Of a stretch of 6,228 nucleotides of DNA, positions 1 through 6,228 are shown piece by piece (position 1 is the stretch's first letter; every line of letters begins with the position of its first letter). A program made the translations under genes and the position numbers. The DNA comes from Octopus sinensis (lineage: Eukaryota): assembly GCF_006345805.1 (NCBI RefSeq), contig NW_021829433.1, positions 1-6,228 on the forward strand. The letters run 5' to 3'. The notes under the pieces were generated by a model. The model was not told the DNA's origin, did not search any database, and worked only from the letters and a program-made list of their open reading frames with translations.

Positions 1-1045
1 CTTTGTTTGCACCTCTATAACTTATTAGCAAACTAAATGCATAAACTTAGTGCTAAAAAGTGAAGGAAACAATACCCAGTCTGTCAGAAGGTGAACTCCA
101 CAAGAATCACTCTTTCTGATGACCTCCCATACAACGCCAAATCACTCGGACTAGCATATCTCAAAGAAGACCTGGATATAAAACGATCATTATTAAAAAA
201 GAAAAATATCAGAAAAAAATAACTATGCATGGATATGTTTCACAAAGACTTGAAGGCAGTAATATCGATATGAAGTGAAACATTGCTTGAACTCCTGACC
301 GCAATATCACATCTCACTTCGAAGGCTATGCATTTGTAATCCATGAACATAAAAATCCTTGGAGTTCGTAGGTACAACCGTAAATGTAGATTATTTCATA
401 TTTGTGTGGAAGACATTACACGTGATTAGCAGCTGCCCCAAAATGTCGTTAAGGTCCCCATGTGACATGACGTTGACGCAAAAACAATATAGAATGCCAT
501 TCGGAAAAAAGATTGTTCTGGAATAAATACAGAGAATGCCCCTGTTATTGAATACATACACAAATACCAGCACAAGGAATACTGGTGGAACATTCCCATC
601 AAAATATATCTCAAATTTGAGCATAACAGGCCGGATATTGTTATTTGGGACGACTAGAAAAAAGGATGTACCGTCATAGAAATTAGTTCTCCGGCTGATG
701 TGAATATCTCTTTGAAAATCAAAGAGAAAAAAGATAACTATAAACAATTGCTTCAGAAAAAACCAGCTTCTATATACGGGTTATAAATTTACATTTATAC
801 CAATAATAATTGGAGTACTTTGTTTTGAGAGAAAATTCCTAATTGTCGCTCAGGATCAGCTTGGATTTTCAGAAAAAGGAATCAACCATCTAATTTGCAC
901 ATTACAAACAGAATATCTAAGTGGAACAGTAAAAATATGAAAGACTTTGCTCAAGTTTAAATTGTGACATTGTTTTCGTTATCTTCATTCCAACCAGCTC
1001 CAGCTCCAGGGGAATACTTCAGAAAGTCACAAAATGAAGAGAACA
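1..1045 (+). mobile_element. Decayed 3' end of an R4/Dong-like (RLE-type) non-LTR retrotransposon, copy 1; probably continues left of the window
   Basis: Manual translation across stops and frameshifts gives KKITMHGYVSQRL (ATG 225), ITSHFEGYAF, a broken zinc knuckle C-R-L-F...VISSCPKM (385-445), RHDV, KEYWWN, HNRPDIVIWD (PD at 631-636), EISSPADVNISLKIKEKKDNY, FIPIIIG and GTVKI*KTLLKFKL*, ending at TGA 965-967. A short 3' UTR then runs into (TACA)n. The order CCHC, RH(D/N), W, PD...E..K..Y, P-I-I-I-G is the known C-terminus of R2/R4-group elements. Clade assignment is from recalled motif similarity. Confidence 0.85.
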
Positions 1046-1131
1046 CACATACTCATGCGCGCGCGCATACATACATACATTCATACATACATACATACAT
1101 ACATACATACATGCATACATACATGCATACA
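1043..1131. repeat. (TACA)n microsatellite with a short (GC)5 at 1057-1066
   Basis: Directly visible CATA/TACA tandem units. Confidence 0.95.
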
Positions 1132-1132
1132 T

Positions 1133-1318
1133 AGGATTTTTTCATAGCGTTTTCAAATAGCCAGATAACCGAAGAGATGTCGTGGATTCCCACTTCGGCA
1201 TTGAAACTCAGAGTTTTATCTTGACTATCGAGTAATGTAACATATTATTGTATAGATAAATTTCCTCTATTTACATAATATTGAGGTATCTTTCTTTTGT
1301 TATCTCACCGTTTTACCA
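1133..1318 (+). mobile_element. Short non-coding hammerhead-bearing module, probably a Penelope-like element pLTR remnant or a retrozyme-like element
   Basis: Non-microsatellite block between (TACA)n and (TA)n. It contains the hammerhead-like motif at 1157-1228 and a T-rich tail. Minimal type I hammerheads are established features of Penelope-like element repeats. No RT or GIY-YIG coding sequence is visible. Confidence 0.55.
1157..1228 (+). ncRNA. Type I hammerhead ribozyme-like motif with variant CCGA core
   Basis: Stem I AGATAA 1163-1168 / TTATCT 1216-1221, extended by ATAG 1157-1160 / CTAT 1225-1228. Core CCGAAGA 1169-1175. Stem II GATGTCG 1176-1182 / CGGCATT 1196-1202 (two G-U pairs) with inner TGG/CCA. 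GAA 1203-1205. Stem III ACTC-A-GAGT 1206-1214. Predicted cleavage after GUU at 1215. Confidence 0.7.
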
Positions 1319-1433
1319 ATATATATATATGTATATATAAGTGTGTATATATATATGTGTGTATATATATATATGTATGTATATACATATATACATATAT
1401 ATGTGTGTGTATACTTTCATCTATATATATATA
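1319..1433. repeat. Compound (TA)n/(TG)n microsatellite
   Basis: Directly visible. Confidence 0.95.
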
Positions 1434-1846
1434 TCTTTCTCTTTTTCTCTTTTACTTGTTTCAGTCATTTGACTGCGGCCATGCTGGAGCACCGCCTTTA
1501 ATCGAGCAACTCGACCCCGGGACTTATTCTTTGTAAGCCCAGTACTTATTCTATCGGTCTCTTTTTGACGAACCGCTAAGTGACGGGAACATAAATACAC
1601 CAGCATCGGTTGTCAAGCAATGCTAAGGGGACAAACACAGATACACAAACATACACACACATACATATATATATACATATATCCGACAGGCTTCTTTCAG
1701 TTTCCGTCTACCAAATCCACTCACAAGGCATTGGTCGGCCCGAGGCTATAACAGAAGACACTTGCCCAAGATTCCACGCAGTGGGACTGAACCCGGAATC
1801 ATGTGGTTGGTAAGCAAGCTACTTACCACACAACCACTCCTGCGCC
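1434..1846 (-). mobile_element. Apparently full-length tRNA-derived SINE (family A) with internal microsatellite
   Basis: The minus strand begins GGCGCAGGAGTGGTTGTGTGG (A-box-like) and has B-box-like GGGTTCAGTCCC (1783-1794). A CORE-like CTTGGGCAAGTG follows, then an internal CA/TA tract (about 1632-1682) and a purine-rich tail. A diverged homolog lies at 4997-5383 in this window. Confidence 0.85.
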
Positions 1847-2058
1847 TATATAGAAAATATATGTATATTATAAATATATATATATATATATAATATATAT
1901 ATATAATATATATTATATATATATATATATATATAATCTATAATATCTATATATATATACATTACATATATAGGCACATACATTCATGCATACATACATA
2001 CATACATACATACACAATACATACATACATACATGCATATACATATGTATGTGTATAT

Positions 2059-2100
<42 letters not shown>

Positions 2101-2130
2101 AATATATACATACTACATACATAATTATAT
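1847..2130. repeat. Compound (TA)n/(TACA)n microsatellite
   Basis: Directly visible. Confidence 0.95.
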
Positions 2131-2176
2131 TTCTATGCTACATAACCACAGACGATGGTTCGTACAACCACTCTGT

Positions 2177-2275
2177 ACCAACCAACCAACCAGTCAACCG
2201 GCTAGCCAACCAGCCAGCCAGCAAGCCAACCGATCAGCTAACAACTAGACCGACTGACCAGCTGGCCAGCAAGTT
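2177..2275. repeat. Degenerate (CCAA/CCAG)n tetranucleotide repeat
   Basis: ACCAACCAACCAACCAGTCAACCGGCTAGCCAACCAGCCAGCCAGC... has a 4-nt period that decays rightwards. Confidence 0.75.
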
Positions 2276-2355
2276 CGCATGTCTGCCTTCAGTGTCGACA
2301 ACAACGCCATCGCATACTCAATAATATCGAATATTTGGATTAGGTAGAGAGGAAC

Positions 2356-2462
<107 letters not shown>

Positions 2463-2613
2463 AAGAAAAATAGAGCGGGTTGTAGATTGCGGCAAAGAGA
2501 GAGTGAACGAATATGATAGGGTGGTAGGCAGAGGAGGGAATGTTTACGCGCTACCTCATGAATATTAATTAACCGCCGATAGACTGGAGGGCTTGTGACG
2601 GCCTTGTTACGTT

Positions 2614-2677
2614 ATGGAGGCCAAGTCGTGCGCCACGCTTTTCTATCTCGTTTCTCTTCTAGCTACTGTGCTCGTGT
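2614..2677 (+). CDS. Candidate first coding exon encoding a signal-peptide-like segment (unconfirmed)
   Basis: GTTATGG start context (G at -3 and +4), MEAKSCATLFYLVSLLATVLV (basic residue then hydrophobic core), and a GTGAGT donor-like site at 2678-2683 in phase 1. The donor lies within a GT-microsatellite edge and no downstream exon is visible. Confidence 0.25.
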
Positions 2678-2683
2678 GTGAGT

Positions 2684-2730
<47 letters not shown>

Positions 2731-2754
2731 GTGTGTGTGTGTGTGTGTGTGTGT
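2674..2754. repeat. (GT)n microsatellite
   Basis: Directly visible, with GAGT variants at the left end and one phase shift at 2729-2730. Confidence 0.97.
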
Positions 2755-2923
2755 ATGTACATAAATAAATATAGATTTATACATATGTATATACATACAT
2801 AATATACCTACATTCATACAAACATAGGCACACAGACCCACACACATAAAGTCATAGCAGATAGGTTATGTATATACGCATATGTATATGGATGTGTATA
2901 TGTTTTTCCGTGTATATGCATAT
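2755..2923. repeat. Degenerate TACA/TATG low-complexity tract
   Basis: Decayed alternating purine-pyrimidine units. Confidence 0.7.
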
Positions 2924-3030
2924 GAAGCGTGAAGCAATGTGATGCACTTAACTGTCTGGATGTTTTGCGTTCTTGTGCCATTTTGTATTTTTTATATAAA
3001 ACATATAGCGGCGTACACCTTGGTCTCTTG

Positions 3031-3041
3031 TATATATATAT

Positions 3042-3072
<31 letters not shown>

Positions 3073-3073
3073 G

Positions 3074-3121
<48 letters not shown>

Positions 3122-3160
3122 TATATATATATATAAATATATATATGTATATATATATAA
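3031..3160. repeat. (TA)n microsatellite
   Basis: Directly visible. Confidence 0.97.
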
Positions 3161-3386
3161 GTTAATCCAAACAAGAAAGCACAAAAAAGCACAACAACGC
3201 GAGGACGTGGAACAAATATAGTATTATTGGACGCTCAGGGAAGAAGGAAAGAAGGAGGGTATAACATTTCGAGCGGAGCTCTTCGTCGGAAACATAGGAG
3301 AAGGAAAGATCCAGAGAAGGGAAGACAGAGGAAAAAAAATTGTCAACGGTCCACACGAGGTCATATTTTGAAAGACCGGAAGGAAA
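3161..3386 (-). mobile_element. Short non-coding hammerhead-bearing module, probably a Penelope-like element remnant or a retrozyme-like element
   Basis: Non-microsatellite block bounded by (TA)n on both sides. It contains the hammerhead-like motif at 3259-3293 and a T-rich tail on the minus strand. No coding remnant is visible. Confidence 0.55.
3259..3293 (-). ncRNA. Minimal type I hammerhead ribozyme-like motif with variant CCGA core (degenerate copy)
   Basis: The minus strand reads GTTT-CCGACGA-A-GAGC-TCC-GCTC-GAA-ATGT-T-ATAC. Stem II is GAGC/GCTC, there is an extra A after the core, stem III ATGT is self-pairing only with wobbles, the triplet is GUU (H17 at 3263), and stem I has 3 of 4 pairs. 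Confidence 0.55.
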
Positions 3387-3449
3387 TATTTATATATACA
3401 TACATATATATATATATACACACATATATGCATACATACATACATACAT
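3387..3449. repeat. (TA)n/(TACA)n microsatellite
   Basis: Directly visible. Confidence 0.93.
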
Positions 3450-3450
3450 T

Positions 3451-4346
3451 ATAAGATCATAAAGCTTGGAAAGCAGCTCTTTGAGCAACACTCTGCACAA
3501 AGAAGTCGCACGACTCTACCGCAACGTATCATCAGATGGACGGATGAGCCTATATGAACAAAAGACTATGCATGGATATATTAGTAGAAAGCTCCGTGAT
3601 GATAGTAACATCGATCATCAAAGCAGTTTATTATGGAGCACAAGCCGGATTACTATCTTCCACTTTGAAGGGTATATATTTCCAGGAACAGGAAATATTA
3701 ACCAAGTACCTGATGCACAAAAGGGATAGAAACTCAGGAAAAGCTGTAAAATATGACAACCGATGCTTACGTTGTGGAGTTCACACTGAAGATATCACCC
3801 GCATCATAAGCAGTTGTCTGAAAATGTCATCACAGTATTATCTACCGATGAGGCAGGATGTTGTAGCTAGGACACTCTATAATGAAATCCGTCGGAAGGA
3901 TAATCCCGAGGACAAAGAAATACGATTGAAGCCACAGCCACTCATAATAAAAAGGAGTACTGGTGGAATATAGCAGTGAAGACCTCAATGAAATGTAATC
4001 ACAACAGGCCTGATATAATGATTAGGGATAAAGAAGAGAAACTTTGCACAATTGTGGAAATTAGCTGCTCAGAAATTAGCTGCTCTATTGAGAAATCTGC
4101 AGTTACTCTATCCAGATTACAAGTTCAGGTTTAATACCTGTAATTATCGGGGCTCTGGGATATGTAACACACTGCCTAAATACCAATATTGAGAGATTAG
4201 GCTTCTTAAACCAGAAAGGAGAAAGCTAATTCGAAGACTACAGATCCAATCCATCACTGGAAGTGTAAAAATCTGTAAAACTTTCCTGAAGTTTATCACT
4301 TAAATTTATATGAGCATGTCTAAATATGTAGCTATATGCAAGGGAA
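3451..4346 (+). mobile_element. 5'-truncated, decayed R4/Dong-like (RLE-type) non-LTR retrotransposon, copy 2
   Basis: Across frameshifts: LYEQKTMHGYISRKL (ATG 3568), HFEGYIF, QEQEILTKYL, C-L-R-C-x8-R-x4-C (3764-3817; a CX2CX8HX4C knuckle with His to Arg), RQDVVA, KEYWWN, HNRPDIMI (PD 4009-4014), VEISC, LLRNLQLLYPDYKF, IPVIIGALGYV and GSVKICKTFLKFIT*, ending at TAA 4301-4303. It is colinear with copy 1. The provided ORFs 3466-3729 and 3554-3973 are pieces of it. Confidence 0.9.
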
Positions 4347-4400
4347 TACATACATAAAACATACAAATCTGCACATACATACATACGTACATACATATAC
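4347..4400. repeat. Degenerate (TACA)n
   Basis: ATACATACATAAAACATAC...CATACATACATACGTACATACATATAC. Confidence 0.85.
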
Positions 4401-4465
4401 AGAGATAGAGGAAGAAAGAGAAGGCTCAAATGAGAGAAAAGTAGGTGAAAGTCAGATATATATAT

Positions 4466-4791
4466 AAAGGTAAAGACCCCCTTCGGTCATGAATGACCAT
4501 GGGATTGCACCTAGAAAGTTACCCTCCTAGACACAAGTCCGGGCAAGGTTGTTTATGGAAGACCAGCAGTCGCCCATGCATACAGCCTCCCCTCTCCACT
4601 CCACCAGTGTTATCCAAGGGAAAGACAAAGGTCGATACAGCTTGGCACCAGTGACGTCGCACTCATTTCTACAGCTGGTTGAACTGGAGCAACGTGAAAT
4701 AACGTGCCTTGCTCAAGAACACAAAACGCAGCCCGGTCCGGGATTCGAGCTCACAACCTCACGATCGTAAGCTCGACGCTCTAACCACTGA
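4466..4791 (-). mobile_element. tRNA-derived CORE-like SINE (family B), first few nt of the head missing
   Basis: The minus strand starts TCAGTGGTTAGAGC (A box) and has GAGCTCGAATCCC (B-box-like, 4740-4752). Then come GTGTTCTTGAGCAAGGCAC...CAGCTGTAGAAATGAG (resembles the CORE domain) and a tail unrelated to family A with a terminal hairpin. Confidence 0.85.
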
Positions 4792-4991
<200 letters not shown>

Positions 4992-4996
4992 CCAGC

Positions 4997-5383
4997 CTCG
5001 GCTTTGATATTGCACGCGTCTTGGGCAAATGTTCCCCAGGACGACCAGTACCTCGTGAGTCTGGTTCACAGAAAGTGGAAACTATTCGTGTGTCTGTATG
5101 TCTGTCTGTGTGTCTGTGTGTGTGCGTGTCTGAGTGTATGTGAGTGCATTTGTGTTCGTGTTTGTACTTCTATCGCTTGACAGCCGTTGTTGGGTTGTTT
5201 GCGTCCAACGTAAACTAGCAGTTCATCAATAGAGAACGACTAAATAAGAACCAGACTTAAGAAAAGATAAATAAATAAATAATGAATACTCGGGGTGATT
5301 TGTTCGACTAAAACCCTTCAAGATGATGCTCCAGTATGGCCTCAGTCCAATTGCTGAAGCAAGGAGATGAAAGGTAAAAGATA
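4997..5383 (+). mobile_element. Older, diverged, 5'-truncated copy of SINE family A
   Basis: Colinear with the reverse complement of 1434-1846: CTTGGGCAAATGT, CCTCGTGAGT, an internal GT tract (about 5087-5162) and the tail. Segment 5322-5363 matches the reverse complement of 1455-1496 at 33 of 42 positions by hand count. Confidence 0.8.
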
Positions 5384-5393
5384 TGTGTATACA

Positions 5394-5608
5394 TTGTTGT
5401 TGTTGTTCATATTTCGCCCTAGGTCAACGCTGGTTAAGTGGACATGCGATCATAGCCGCTCCAGCTATGCCATTCCTGTCATTTTCGTACCATCAAGGAT
5501 TGCATTTTCTAATGCATCGTCACGTGTCTAACAAGGTAGAAGTATGATTCGATGCAAACTGGCTTCACTTTCTAGCAACAGATCGAGCTGTCATGCAGAG
5601 AGGCTTCC
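5394..5608 (-). mobile_element. Probable 3' fragment of a retroposon (SINE or LINE tail) ending in (CAA)n
   Basis: (TTG)n at 5394-5407 reads as a (CAA)n tail on the minus strand, attached to about 200 bp of complex sequence that I recall resembling a cephalopod interspersed repeat. No head is visible and the family is not established. Confidence 0.45.
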
Positions 5609-5636
5609 ATAGGATTGGTGGGAGAACGTGCGAGTG

Positions 5637-6085
5637 GATGTATACAAGTGTGTGTGCATGTGTGTGTGTGTGTGTGCGTGCGTGTGTATGTGCGTATCGC
5701 CAAAAGAATCTAACAATCAATACATATATATGTTATGCATATATATGCCTATATATGCATGTATTATATATGCGTTTGGATGTATGCATGCATGCATATA
5801 TATATATATATATGTATGTACGTATGGGTATGCATGTATGTATGTATGTATATATGTATGGTTGCATGTATGTATGCATATATATATATATGTATGTACG
5901 TATGCGTATGTATATATGTATGTATATATGCATGTATGCATGCATCCTCATATATATTTGCTCGTATGCATATATGCCTATGTATATATGTATTTATGCA
6001 TGCATATATATACATATATGTGTGTGTGTGTCTGTGTGTGTATGCATATATGTACGTATGCATGCTTGCATGCACGCTTGTATGC
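5637..6085. repeat. Long compound alternating purine-pyrimidine tract (GT/TATG/TGCA/TA)
   Basis: Directly visible. It generates all the C/V/Y/M/I-rich ORFs in the track for this region. Confidence 0.95.
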
Positions 6086-6228
6086 AAGGTTGCTGTGGCG
6101 TCTGCCTGTGAACGGCGGTTGAGCAATTCCCCAGAGTGTTCGGTTTTGCAGACATACATTAACTTAATTGCACGATTGTGTACATGTTAACATATCTCTC
6201 AATGCCTTTCTCTCCTTTTCTTTCTCTC

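Noticed and set aside
391-747. 118-aa and 62-aa minus-strand ORFs
   Set aside because: They are antisense to the retrotransposon remnant, and the recognisable motifs are on the + strand.
1297-2324. ORFs rich in I/Y/H/T/C/V (1297-1536, 1421-1606, 1610-1813, 1913-2122, 1986-2324)
   Set aside because: Translations of stop-poor microsatellites and SINE sequence.
2150-2324. Mucin-like P/T/Q/N peptide (SVPTNQPVNRLANQPASKPTDQ...)
   Set aside because: Explained by a decayed 4-nt-period CCAA/CCAG repeat. There is no codon periodicity or convincing splice context.
3162-3454. ORFs 3162-3356, 3224-3445 and the basic 75-aa ORF 3227-3454
   Set aside because: By-products of purine/pyrimidine strand bias in the hammerhead module plus microsatellite.
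3466-3973. An intact host zinc-finger or nuclease gene
   Set aside because: Multiple frameshifts, His to Arg in the knuckle, a deleted active-site segment and no RT domain mark a dead retrotransposon fragment.
4725-4791. tRNA gene (also considered for 1775-1846)
   Set aside because: A and B boxes are present, but there is no complete acceptor stem or cloverleaf, and the sequence continues into a SINE core and tail.
5593-6190. Cys-rich 130-170 aa ORFs on both strands
   Set aside because: Alternating purine-pyrimidine repeats lack stops in several frames, and the composition is purely repeat-derived.

Overview
AT-rich, microsatellite-saturated eukaryotic non-coding DNA. The repeat style resembles an octopus or other coleoid cephalopod, which is my inference and not verified. 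No intact protein-coding gene is supported. The window is a mosaic of retroelement remnants separated by TA/TACA/GATA/GT tracts. It holds two decayed, mutually diverged 3' ends of R4/Dong-like non-LTR retrotransposons (CCHC knuckle plus PD-(D/E)xK endonuclease; 1-1045 and 3451-4346, both +), three tRNA-derived SINE copies, and a probable (CAA)n-tailed retroposon fragment. The most notable signal is two type I hammerhead-ribozyme-like motifs in short non-coding modules of unrelated sequence (1157-1228 + and 3259-3293 -). Both have the same non-canonical CCGA core, a self-complementary stem III and a GUU cleavage triplet, and both are followed by a 102-103 nt tail ending in (TA)n. A GC-richer island at 2461-2677 contains a candidate signal-peptide exon.
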